A DNA stretch of 39,338 bases, from positions 496,001 through 535,338 of the forward strand of contig JBEUKZ010000036.1 of the NCBI GenBank assembly GCA_048128005.1, read 5' to 3'. The stretch's first letter is position 1, and every line of letters begins with the position of its first letter. Shown here piece by piece: positions 11,753 to 24,090 of the stretch. The stretch comes from Veleropilina oligotropha (lineage: Eukaryota). The notes below the pieces were generated by a model. It worked only from the letters and a program-made list of their open reading frames with translations. It was not told the DNA's origin and searched no databases. Position numbers and translations under genes: made by a program.

Positions 11753-11848
11753 ACTCCTTTGACGGGAATCGAACCCTGATCTATTGGTTTGGTTTGGTTG
11801 TGAAATCCATTATTACTCGCGGTGTTACTCGCTCAGCCGTAAGAAGGA
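11753..11848 (-). pseudogene. tRNA-derived (SINE-head-like) module inside the Helentron-like unit
   Basis: Minus strand has an A-box-like GGCTGAGCGAGTAA and a B-box GGTTCGATTCCCG (plus-strand 11763-11775). No intact anticodon arm. Confidence 0.5.
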
Positions 11849-13102
11849 CCACAAAAAGACACGCTAATTTAGCGTATTTGTAGCAAGGGGAAACACCTTT
11901 CGCATTTTGTAAATTTCACGTAACATCGCCGATGTTGACAAAACTTAAATCGCCATTTCTCATTAATTACTGAATGAAACTGCATGAAATTTTCAGGATT
12001 TGTAGATTACTGTATTCTTACTTATCAGTGTATATTATATGACTCTATGTTATGCAAAAAATATTTATTCAAAATATCGCAACCAGTCAAATATTTTAAC
12101 TTAGAAGCAAAACTTACGACTATAAAGTTTTACTGACATCAAACATAACGTGAGAAAGTTGTTGATAATGTCCCACTCTGTCACTTGTCAAAATTTGAGA
12201 TGTCTGGTGTGAGTGGTTACCGAATTACGGCCCCTTGTTACAAAATATTTCGATTGATTCTTAAAATGCTTCTAATTTTCACATTTCACATTTTTTTTTT
12301 TTTTTTTGCTGATATCATTATAATTTCACCAGAACTACATTTTGAATTGCGAAATTACAGAATTTATTTGGATATCACGAAATTAAAATTAACCCCCTAA
12401 TTTCAAAACTAAACTCCCATGGCGGCCATCTTTGGCACTGTACCGCTACGAAATGATCACCAAGTCATCATCTTAATATGCAGATTTGGTTTGCAAGATT
12501 TCTTCACTATTAGATTAGCTGTTTTTGAGGAGAAGATTTGAATAGGGTATCACCCTAAAGCAACATGGCCGCCAAAATATTTGACCAATGAGATCCATTT
12601 ACACATCAACATTTGTCCCCCGCAAGACACTATCATACCTGAAAATTTGAAATGTGTGCCTTGCGTAGTTTTCGAGTAATTGCTGTTTATCCGAGACAGA
12701 GGAAAAATAATAATAATAACTAGAACTGCAAGCAGTTATATGGCTTCCATTGTTACCAAATTAATAAGTAACAGGTCATGGTCTCGTTTGAATGGCCCCT
12801 CGACTTTGCAAAATTGTATACATTATTTTGGCACATTTAAGCTTATTGTGTCATTTTCGACTATCTAGGTCATCCAAGGTCAAAGGTCAAGGTCACCTTA
12901 GCTTAGAAAGCCTACTTAATATGTTCTAAATGTCCATAGGCTATTGTTTACCAATTGTCGTAAATTATGCCATTTTTGGTTATCTGTCATACAAGGTAAA
13001 ATGCCAAAGTCTCATAAAACATACTAGTGGGTACACCCATTTACAAACCAGGTGATTTCGCTCAAATCCCCCATTTCTCGCCCCATTTACCCCCCACTTC
13101 CC

Positions 13103-15048
13103 CCACACTAAATGCCTCACTAAACGCCACAGTAATCGCCACAATAAATGCCATGCTAAACGCCCACTATAAGATAATTAAATGCCCCATTAAACGTCAC
13201 AATAAACTCCCCACTTAACGTCCATTAAACGCCACACTAAACATACCACAAAACGCACCACTAAATGTCCACTAAACGCCACACTAAATGCCCCACCGAA
13301 CGCCACACTAAACTCCCCATTAAACTCCCCACTAAACTTCACATTAAACACCCACTAAACTTCACACAAAACGCCACTGTAAATGCCCCACAAAACTCCC
13401 CACTAAACATCCCACTAAACGTCCCACTAAACTCCTCCCTAAACTTCCACTAAACTCCTCACTAAATGGCCCACTAAATGTCTCAATATACGCCGCACTA
13501 AATGTTCCATTAAACGCCCTACTAACCACCCCACTAAGCGCACACTAATCACCCCACTTAACGCCCACTAAATGCCAACTAATCGCCTTGTTAAACGCCC
13601 ACTAAACATTCACTAAACACCCAATAACACGTCCATTAAACGTCACACTAAATGCCACAATACACGTACCACTAAGCATCACACTAAGCGCCTACTAAAC
13701 GCCCACACTAAACACCAACTAACTGCCCTCTAAATGCTCAACTAAACGCCCCACTAAATGCTCCACTAAACGATCCACTAAACGCTCAACTAAATGCCCC
13801 ACTAAACATCCCATTAAACGTCACACGAAACGTCACACAAAACGTCACACGAAATTCCCCACTAAATGCCCAACTAAATGCCCACCAAATGGCCCACTAA
13901 ACGCATTTAGTGGGGAGTTTACAATGGCTTTTACACTAAATGCCACACTAAACGCCACACGAAACGCCGCACTAGATGCTGCACTAAATGCCGAGCAAAA
14001 CACTGCACTAAACGGCACACGAAATGCACTAAATGTCACATGAAACGCCGCACTAAAGGTCGCACGAAAGCCGTACGAAACGCCGCACGAAACGTCGCGC
14101 AAAACGCCACGCGAAATGCCACACAAAATGCCACACTAAACGCCGCATGAAAGCCGCAAGAAACGTCGCACTAAATGTCGTACTAAACATCACACTGGAC
14201 GTCGCTCTAATTGTCACGCAAAACTCCGCGCTAAATGTCACACTAAACGTTGCACTAAATGCCACACTTAAAGGCCGGGGTGCCACTATAAAAGGCGACA
14301 GGCGGGGACGACCTCATTTCTGATTTGGAAACTGATCAGACCACATCGACATGATTGGTTGCCACATGGCTAAAACAACAGAAATCCAATTACGAAGTGT
14401 GTTTTTAGTTGTTAGAGCAATTATCACATCCTGACTTCACAGGCAACTTGTGTAAGCGTGTATACCCGCCGATTAAAGCCACGCCCCCGACGCCTGGGCA
14501 AAATCTTCGACCAGGGGGTCACTTTTCCCGGCCTTTAATGCCACATGAAACACCGCATGAAATGCTGCAAGAAACGTCGCACGAAACATCGCATGAAATG
14601 CCTCACGAACCGTCGCACTAAACGTCGCTCTAAACGTCGCACTAAACATCTCACTAAATGTCGCACTAAACGTCGCATTAAACATCGCACTAAACGCCGC
14701 ACGAAATGCCGCACTAAATGCCACACGAAACGTCGCACGAAATGCTGCACTAAGCATCGCACTAAACATTGCACTAAACATCGCACTAAATGTTGCAGTA
14801 ATCTTCGCTCTAAACGGCGCACTAAACGTCGCACTAAACGTCACACTAAACACCCCCACAAAACGCCCACACTAAATGCCCACTAAACGCCCCATTAAAA
14901 TCCCCACTAAACGTCGCACTAAACATCGCACTAAACATCGCACTAAACGTCACACTAAACGTCGCATTAAACATCACACGAAACGCCCCACTAAATGTCA
15001 CACTAAACGCCCCATTAAATTCCCCACTATATGCCCACTATTCACTCA
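13103..15048 (+). repeat. 11-12-bp minisatellite, expanded copy of the 9942-10998 array
   Basis: Same units at the same position relative to the element head; interrupted at 14272-14534. Confidence 0.95.
14272..14534. mobile_element. 263-bp Kolobok-like MITE with TTAA TSD inserted in the minisatellite
   Basis: TTAA|AGGCCGGG...CCCGGCCT|TTAA (TTAA at 14268-14271 and 14535-14538). Unique sequence with satellite on both sides. Confidence 0.7.
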
Positions 15049-15243
15049 ATTCCTTAACACCCCCAACCCCACCGGTAGCCAATACATCCAGCTCTGCAAA
15101 ACAGACTGAACACTTCCATTTCAACCTCTCGTGGACACAAGCTAATCTTAAAATTGCGTATGTGAAATTTGCATACATATTCAGTATACTTGGACATGAA
15201 ATATGTCCACATTTAAAACTCTATATGACAATTATTCTTTAGT

Positions 15244-15963
<720 letters not shown>

Positions 15964-16060
15964 ATATATTTAAAATATCGTCAATTATTATTAAGACATA
16001 TATTACGATGGTATATCAGATATAATAGCTTGAAAAAATGAAATTAAAAAAATACATTTA

Positions 16061-16158
16061 CACTCCATTGACGGGAATTGAACCCTGGTCTATTGGTTTG
16101 GTTTGGTTGTGAAATCCATTAGCTGTTCGCGGTGTTACTCGCTCAGCCGTTAGAAGTA
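16061..16158 (-). pseudogene. tRNA-derived module, second copy
   Basis: Homologous to 11753-11848 (CGGGAATTGAACC...CGCTCAGCCGT). Confidence 0.45.
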
Positions 16159-17069
16159 CCACGAAAAAGCAAGCTAATTTAGCGTATTTGTAGCAAGGGG
16201 AAACACCTGTCGCATTTTGTCAATTTCACGGTACATCGCCGATGTTGCCAAAACTTAACTCTCCATTTCTCTTTAATTACTGCATGAATTTTGCAGGATT
16301 TTGTAGATTACTCTATTATTGCTTGTCAGTGTAAATTATATGACTCCATGTTATGTAAAAAAATATTTATTCAAAATATCGCAACCAGTCGAATATTTTA
16401 ACTTAGAAGCAAAACTTACGGCTAAAAAGTTTCACTGACATCAAACATAACACGATAAAGTTGTTGATAATGTACCACTCTGTCACATGTCAACATTGGA
16501 GATGTTCGGTGTGAGTGGTTACCGAATTACGGCCCCTTGTTACAAAATATTTCGATTGATTCTTAAAATGCTTCTAATTTTCACATTTCACATTTTTTTT
16601 GCTGATATCATTATAATTTCATCAGAACTACATTTTGCATCCCAAAATTACACAATTTATTTGGATTTGACGAAAATAAAATGTTCCCACTAATTTCATA
16701 ACTTTAAATCCCTCCGGCGGCCATCTTGGGCACTGTACCGTTACGAAATGATCACCATGTCATCACCATAATATACAGATTTTATTTGCAAGATTTCACC
16801 ACTATCAGATTAGCGGTTTTTGAGGAGAAGATTTAAATAGGGTATCACCCTAATCAAACAGGGCTGCCAAAATATTTGACCAATGAGATCCATTTGCACA
16901 TCAACATTTGTCCCCCACATGCCACTATCATACCTGTAAATTTGAAATGTGTGCCTTTCATAGTTTAAGAATAATAGCTGTTTACAAAATACAGAAGAAA
17001 AATAATAATAATAATAATCTTTGCAAAAACAATAAGGCTTATGTGCTCTCGCACCGGAAGCCTTAATAA

Positions 17070-17682
17070 TCTTAATATAATGGAGCTATAATTGTATGTG
17101 TGTCTGTCTGTTTCAAGTTGTACTCCTCCCAGACGCTTTGACCTAGGACCTTCAAACTTTGGGGGGTTAATCGGGGTCCCCCAAGGAAGGTTTACCACGA
17201 AAAAAATTCGGAAAATTCGGGAAAAAAAAAATATTTTACTATATATCTTCATATAATGGACCTATAATTTTATGTGTGTGTGTCTGTCTGTTTCAAGTTG
17301 AACTCCTCCCAGACGCTTTGACCTAGGACCTTCAAACTTTGGGGGGTTAATCGGGGTCCCCCAAGGAAGGTTTACCACGAAAAAAATTCGGAAAATTCGG
17401 GAAAAAAAAAATATTTTACTATATATCTTCATATAATAATGGACCTATAATTTTATGTGTGTGTGTCTGTCTGTTTCAAGTTGAACTCCTCCCAGACGCT
17501 TTGACCTAGGACCTTCAAACTTTGGGGGGTTAATCGGGGTCCCCCAAGGAAGGTTTACCACGAAAAAAAATCGGAAAATTCGGGAAAAAAAAAAAAAATT
17601 TAAGGGACCACTATCCAAAAAAAAAAAAGAAAAAAAAGGGGGGTTGGGGGACTTACCCGGCGAAGACGGGTACCATTGCTAG
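17070..17682 (+). mobile_element. Non-autonomous Helitron with a triplicated ~180-bp 5' segment
   Basis: A|TC start at 17070, with further TC-starting repeats at 17246 and 17426. 3' hairpin TACCCG...CGGGTA at 17654-17672, then CTAG|T (CTAG 17679-17682). No TSD. Confidence 0.85.
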
Positions 17683-17727
17683 TATATGGAATAATGTACA
17701 TCGGGAATAATCTTTCCTCAGTTTCAG

Positions 17728-17847
17728 GAAATGAGCTGATCAAGATGGAAGTTAATGTTCAGACAGACGCTCCAGTGATTATTGGACCAACAACAATAAT
17801 CAGCGACTCGCACGCCTCTGCTCGCCAAAATGAAATGGGTGTGTTAC
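17728..17847 (+). CDS. Candidate internal exon of a host gene (120 nt, phase 1-1) with a RHIM-like segment
   Basis: Polypyrimidine acceptor TCTTTCCTCAGTTTCAG, stop-free frame (G)NELIKMEVNVQTDAPVIIGPTTIISDSHASARQNEMGVL, donor GTAACT at 17848. Unique sequence between repeats. Confidence 0.35.
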
Positions 17848-18446
17848 GTAACTGTATTATATTCTATAATATTGATGTCTCTAATTGTAGAAAGTATTTA
17901 AAGGAATGTCATCATAGTTTCTTCACTATTAATATTGTGTAATGCTTCAACACTTGTGAAAGAGATGTCATGCTGATATATTAGCAATACTATATTATCA
18001 TTAACTAACATCTAATTGACAACTTTGTCTGAAACATATCTTCAAAACCGTAAAGTCTAGTCTTTACAATAACAATAAGGGTTCCATTGCTTCAGAAACG
18101 GAAGCCTTAACTAGAACTGCAAGCAGTTATATGGCTTCCGTTGTCACCAAAGTCATAAGTAACAGGCCATGGTCACGTTCGATTTTGTAAAATTTTATAC
18201 ATCATTTTGGCGCATTTCTTATTCGGTAATTTTCGACTATCTAGGTCATCCAAGGTCAAAGGTCAACTTTGAAAGCCTACTTAATATGTTCTAAATGTCC
18301 ATAGGCTATTGTTTATCAATTGTCGTTAATTATGCCATTGTTGGTTATATAGATCATACAAGGTAACATTTCAGTCTCATTATAAAACATACTAGCTGAA
18401 ATCCCCATTTCTTGCCCAACTTATGCCCTCCATTTCTCGTCTCCCC

Positions 18447-19385
18447 CCCCACTTTGACCCCCCAAGCCCACTTTGACCCCCTCGCCCCTTTGACCCCCAC
18501 GCCCACTTTCACCCACTTTGAGCACACCCCCACTTTGACCTCCACACCCGCTTTGACCCCCACCCCCACTTTGACCCCCACCCTGACTAGGACCCCCACC
18601 AATACTTTGGCCTCACCTCACATTGACCCCCACCCCCACTCACTTTGACCCCACCCCCACTTTGACCCTCACTCCCACCTTGAACCCATCCCCACTCTAA
18701 CCCCCACTTTGACCCCCGCCCCAACTTTGAGCCCCATCACCAATTTGACCCCACCACCCCCACTTTGACCCACTTTGACCCCAACCCCCACTTTGACCCT
18801 CACCCTCCCTTTGACCCCCAGCCCCATCTTCACCCCACCCCCACCCCAACTATGACCACCGCCCACACTTTGGGCCCCACCCCACTTTGACCTACCCCAA
18901 CTATGACCCCTACCCCACTTTGACCTCCACCCCCACTCTGACCCCCACCACCACTTTGACCCCACTACTCCACTTTGACCCCCCACCCACACTTTGACCC
19001 TCATCCCCACTTTGACCTCCCCCCACCCCCAATTTGCCCCCCACCCCACCCCCACCCAACTTTGACCACCACCCACACTATGATCCCACCCCAAATTTGA
19101 CCCCCACCCACACTTTAACCCGCACTTTGACCCCCATCTCCACTTTAATCCCACCCCAACTCCGATCCCCACCCTCACTTTGGCCCCCACACACTTTGAC
19201 ATCCACCCCCCCCCCCACTGATCCCACCCCCAATTTGACCCCCACGCCAATTTTTACCCCCATGTCCACTTTGAACCCACGCCCACTTTTCCCCCATTGC
19301 CCACTTTGACCCCCAACGCCCACTTTGACCCCCCACGCCCACTTTGCCCCCCCACATCACTTTGCCCCCACACCACTTTGCCCCT
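18447..19385 (+). repeat. C-rich minisatellite (CCCACTTTGACCCC core, ~17-20-bp units)
   Basis: Directly visible; the minus strand is rich in G-runs. Confidence 0.95.
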
Positions 19386-20204
19386 ATCTGCCAATTTCTC
19401 CCCCCACCCCCACCCCACTTACCAGCTCACTAACCCGCCCCCACAATCGGATGTGTTTCCAAAATATAACCGTTACCAGTCCGTGACAGTCGGCGTCGCC
19501 GACAGCCTTACGTTGCATTACTGGTTATATGGAAACCAGGCTTTACCTAGGAATGTTGCGCGCCGTTGTGCAAAACGTATTCAGAAAGCCTATCTGCCAG
19601 TAAAACTGGAAAAGCCAAAACGTTTTGTCTCACAAAACATTTTTATTCTTGAACGCATGGCGGGTCTGGACGTACAGAACAATTAGCATCAATTAGACCA
19701 CGCGCTGCACATGAGATTGGCTACAATGATGTTTTTTTACTGCGTGTCATTTTCTGTTTTTGCTGTGGAAGTAAACATTTTATAAACATGAAAGCGAAAA
19801 TCGAACTTCCATGACATGGAAACGATTTCATTTGACTAATATTTAGCCTGTCATTATTGCAATGATATATAATAAATCAACCAATAGCATTGTAAAGGAT
19901 ATATGTAGTGACCGATATCGTCATATTTATTTGTTATATATGTGGAAGCTATAACATTATTTGGGCATATTTGGCAAAAGTAATAAAGAGGCGTATGAAT
20001 GACAGGAAAATATCATTGGTAAATCTCTATCGGTAAATAAGTAACATAATTATAGGCCTATAATGTTTCTAAATCATACAAGTTTGCTTGTGAGGCCGTA
20101 ACTACTTTACATACAAGTACCATCTTAAATATGGTATTGATTAAGCCGATGACGAAAAAATATTCATCAATGTTAGCATTTACCAACGTACGACCATGTT
20201 ATAT

Positions 20205-21074
20205 CACAGTCCCCCGGACGACCCGTCACATATACAAAAAAATGTATCGAAATCGCCAGGCAAATGCCCCAGATATTGATTGCTATATAACACAGAGAAA
20301 GTTGTGCAACGAAAAAATGGCGAAAATTGGTAAACACTAGCAATACACGGTCACAACTTTATACATACAAAATTGACATACCTCGTACTGCTGGAATAGA
20401 TAAACGAGGTATTTTTCTTGCTATCGGTGTACTTGTTCAAGGTTTATTTGGACACTGGGCTGAGAATCGGAACCTTTTTACCGATCACTCCAACACAAAA
20501 GTTTGTAACGCACGACATGACATCGCAGCTCCGCAGCGAACACAAATATTATATATTTGAGACATCGTATCCAGTTATCTCCCTTTACATAATCTTGTAA
20601 AACAATAACGTTTTCTTTAACAGGTCTTTAAAAAAAAATCGCAGACAAAATGTACATATAAAAAATGTATTTAAAACAATAAATTACAAGTAAAGACAAA
20701 TAACAAAGTATTTATTTTATTAAATATATAATATTTGTGTTCGCTGCGGAGCTGCGATGTCATGTCGTGCGTTACAAACTTTTGTGTTGGAGTGATCGGT
20801 AAAAAGGTTCCGATTCTCAGCCCAGTGTCCAAATAAACCTTGAACAAGTACACCGATAGCAAGAAAAATACCTCGTTTATCTATTCCAGCAGTACGAGGT
20901 ATGTCAATTTTGTATGTATAAAGTTGTGACCGTGTATTGCTAGTGTTTACCAATTTTCGCCATTTTTCGTTGCACAACTTTCTCTGTGTTATATAGCAAT
21001 CAATATCTGGGGCATTTGCCTGGCGATTTCGATACATTTTTTTTTATATGTGACGGGTCGTCCGGGGGACTGTG
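20205..21074. mobile_element. 870-bp foldback element with ~354-bp TIRs and 7-bp TSD (P-superfamily/Galileo-like)
   Basis: Arms 20205-20558 and 20722-21074 are near-identical reverse complements around a 163-bp spacer. Termini CACAG...CTGTG; TSD GTTATAT at 20198-20204 and 21075-21081. Confidence 0.85.
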
Positions 21075-21367
21075 GTTATATACATGATACCGATATTACC
21101 TTTCGTTCAACGAGGCTCTCAGCGACGAGTGACAGCTAGAGAGCGGTTAGTTTCACAATTTAACACCGCAGCGCCATCTATCAGGCAGGATTGAGATAGC
21201 ATAATACGAGCGCATATTATGCTAGACTTTCAAACACGACCTTGCCAACCTCAACATGCCAGCGTCAACATGCTAGCCTCAACATGCCAACACGAACATG
21301 CGAGTTCCAAGTTGCAGCTGCTAATATGCTTCTAACTGTAGAAATATTTATTCTATAACCGTTTCAT

Positions 21368-21655
21368 CATGTAGCATGATGAATGATGGATGTAGAATAA
21401 AGAATATAGGATGTAGAATAAAGAATGTAGGATGTAGAATAAAGAATATAGGATGTAGAATAAAGAATGTAGGATGTAGAATAAAGAATGTAGGATGTAG
21501 AATTTTTGCACGTTGAATTTTACCATGTAGCATGATGAATGATGGATGTAGAATAAAGAATGTAGGATGTAGAATTTTGCACCTTGTATTTTACCATGTA
21601 GCATGATGAATGATGGATGTAGAATAAAGAATGTAGGATGTAGAATTTTTGCACC
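21368..21655 (+). repeat. 21-bp tandem repeat GGATGTAGAATAAAGAATRTA within ~72-bp higher-order units
   Basis: Directly visible. Confidence 0.9.
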
Positions 21656-21704
21656 TATTCGGCTCCATACATGTTACGCCAACGGGCGTAAATATCCAGA
21701 CTAA

Positions 21705-21787
21705 AGCCCCGTTTACATTACCAAAATAAGCCGTTTCGAAACCGACATATTTTAATTCTCATTATATTTGGTAGTGTAAACGGGGCT
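21705..21787. mobile_element. 83-bp Harbinger/Tourist-like MITE
   Basis: TIRs AGCCCCGTTTACATTACCAAA / TTTGGTAGTGTAAACGGGGCT; flanks TAA and TAC. Confidence 0.65.
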
Positions 21788-22373
21788 TACGCCTCAGTCA
21801 TGCAACAACCCACATACAGGACACTAATATTCTAGGCAATATGTATACGAAACTAAATAATCTGCAGTATTACAAATACAGTCGTTCAACAGAAAATAGA
21901 GCAGAATATTACCTGCAGCTGGGTACAAATTTGTTCACGATGAACGTAGTTTTTAATAACTCATAACAACGCAAACTTTTGCGACCTAAGATTTATTACC
22001 CGTTCAAAACATTCAGTCAACAGTCAGTCGGCGCTAATATCAAAATCGCCAGAGACACAACCAAAGGCACGGATTCAACGAGGTGTTGTCGATTATGTAA
22101 CGATGAACGTTTCAGGATTAGTCGGCAATCTCCTGCTCGTAAACAACGAACACAAATAAAATATGCATATGTGGAATTGGCGGACATATTCATTATTATG
22201 ATGGACACTAGCTAATCTTAAAATTGCATATGTGAAATTGGCATACATATTCAGTATACTTGGACATGAAATATGTCCACATTTAAAATTCTTTATTTTT
22301 TATATATTTTTCGTCAATTATTATTAAGACGTATATTACGATGATATATCATATATAATAGCTTGAAGAAATG

Positions 22374-22404
<31 letters not shown>

Positions 22405-22405
22405 A

Positions 22406-22507
22406 CACTCTGACGGGAATCGAACCCTTATCTATTGGTTTGGTTTAGTTGTGGTGTGAAATCCACGAGCTGTTCGCGGTGTTAACCATTCAGCCGTAAA
22501 GAAGGAC
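22406..22507 (-). pseudogene. tRNA-derived module, third copy
   Basis: GACGGGAATCGAACCC...CAGCCGT, homologous to 11753-11848. Confidence 0.45.
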
Positions 22508-23348
22508 CAAGAAAAGACACGCTTATTTAACATATTTGTATTGACAGGAAACACCTTTCGAATTTGTCAATTTCATTGCACTTCGCCGATCTTGCCAAAT
22601 GCTTTAAGGCGGCTTCTCAGTTGGACGATCAACGGTACGATCAGCCTAGGCGCGTTCTCATAGCGTATGTAGAAGGCAACGACAACACAAGGATATCGCA
22701 TGTGGAACCCATGTAGATCGCGTGACTGATCAGCCGCGTTCACGAGATCGCCCTGCAGAACGCCAAATTCTGATCGCCGGCGATCAGCCGCGTTCACGAG
22801 ATCGCCCTCCAGAACGCCAAATTTTTGAACGTGTTAAAAAACCCGGGTAGATCGCAAGTAGGACGCAAGTATATCGCTTCCGATCTGTATCGCCCGCCCC
22901 TGAACGTACCCAGAACGCAACCGTAACGCCCCAGAACGCAAATAGATGGCGCCAATGCATGCGTTCAGGCTGCCTTAATTGTGGGTGCGTTGTGCATGCG
23001 TTCCAGGCGATGTCCAGGCGTTCTGTTTGCGTTCTCAGCGACATCACTGCGTTCAGGTCGCGTTCTCCCCAATCTGCTTGCCTTCACCCCGCGTTCATCC
23101 AGCGTTCTACATACGTTGTCCACGTGATCGCCGGCGATCACCTAACGGCGCTTTCCCACGGTGACATCACACCATATTACGTAATCAATAGTATATAAAC
23201 AGGGTGTGAAGACGTGGTCAGTCATTAAGAGGTCTACATCGCCGAAGACGCGAACGACCTCGTTAAATTCCAAGAAGAAGAAGTTGGTCAGTCATTCCTC
23301 ACCAGACCTCCATAGAGTACAGATATACCTACACCTTCAAGACACAAG

Positions 23349-23800
23349 ATGCCCAAGAAGACGCTGGGGGCCTCGAGGAGAGAAGGCAGGGGAAAGGGAA
23401 GGGCCCCCCACTGCCTACTATGGATCCCGAGGAGTCGGACCACTTAGGACCAGGACCCCGAGAAGTCGTACGCGTCGCGACCAGCAGTCAAGAACAAGAG
23501 CAAGGAGAAGACCCCTCAGGACCAGGGCCCCAAGAGGCCGAGCCACGCACCCAAGACGAAGACCAGCCCCCCCCCCCCCCCCCAGGGCCAGACGCAGATC
23601 CATAAGATGAAGAGCATGGGCAAGAGACAGAGGCAGAGCCACATGAAGCAGCAGGCCCATCATCGGAAGGCAAGAAAAAGCGCCAGTATAACACGGTGGA
23701 CCTCAGAGATGCGCAAGAGAAGCATGCTATAGAGTGGTACAAAGCCAACCCGGTCTTGTACCAAAAGAATAACGCAGAAATCAAGAACACCAAAATGGGT
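23349..23800 (+). pseudogene. 5' remnant of Harbinger Myb/MADF-like DNA-binding protein
   Basis: Acidic/Pro-rich N-terminus, then DAQEKHAIEWYKANPVLYQK, resembling the first helix of MADF/Myb-like domains. Has a frameshift and a stop. Confidence 0.5.
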
Positions 23801-24090
23801 CTGAATCCTTCGCGATCCTCTGTGATCAATTCCTGGAAGAGCCGAGCCCACTGTCCGTACTCGTCTCGCCGACTAATCCAGAGCCTCTGGTGCAACGACC
23901 GGTCTGTGTGGCGTCGCTGGCGCCTCACAAGTCATTGCTCCTCAGGCTCAACCACGGGTTCAGCCTGGACTTCCTCCTCACTGTCGCTCTCACTCTCACT
24001 GCTGCTACTGACAATTTACAGCAGCTCGCCTGCCAGAACTGCCCTCTTAGCAGTAACCCCCGCACGCCCCTTCAACATTGCAGCACACTT
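23800..24090 (-). pseudogene. 5' remnant of Harbinger transposase
   Basis: RRQRRHTDRSLHQRLWISRRDEYGQWARLFQELITEDREGF resembles the Harbinger transposase N-terminus (W..RR...G....L..EL..ED...F). Truncated before the catalytic domain. Confidence 0.65.

Noticed and set aside
11753..11848. Functional tRNA gene
   Set aside because: Only A/B boxes are recognisable; no proper cloverleaf, and it is embedded in a repeat.
10028..15109. ORFs with FSAT/TKRR/LNVA repeats (protamine-like look)
   Set aside because: Translations of the 12-bp minisatellite, open in several frames on both strands.
18354..19686. Gly/Val/Trp-rich and Pro/Thr-rich ORFs
   Set aside because: Translations of the C-rich minisatellite.
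20131..21037. Mirror-image ORF pairs on opposite strands
   Set aside because: A consequence of the 354-bp inverted repeat; no recognisable domain.
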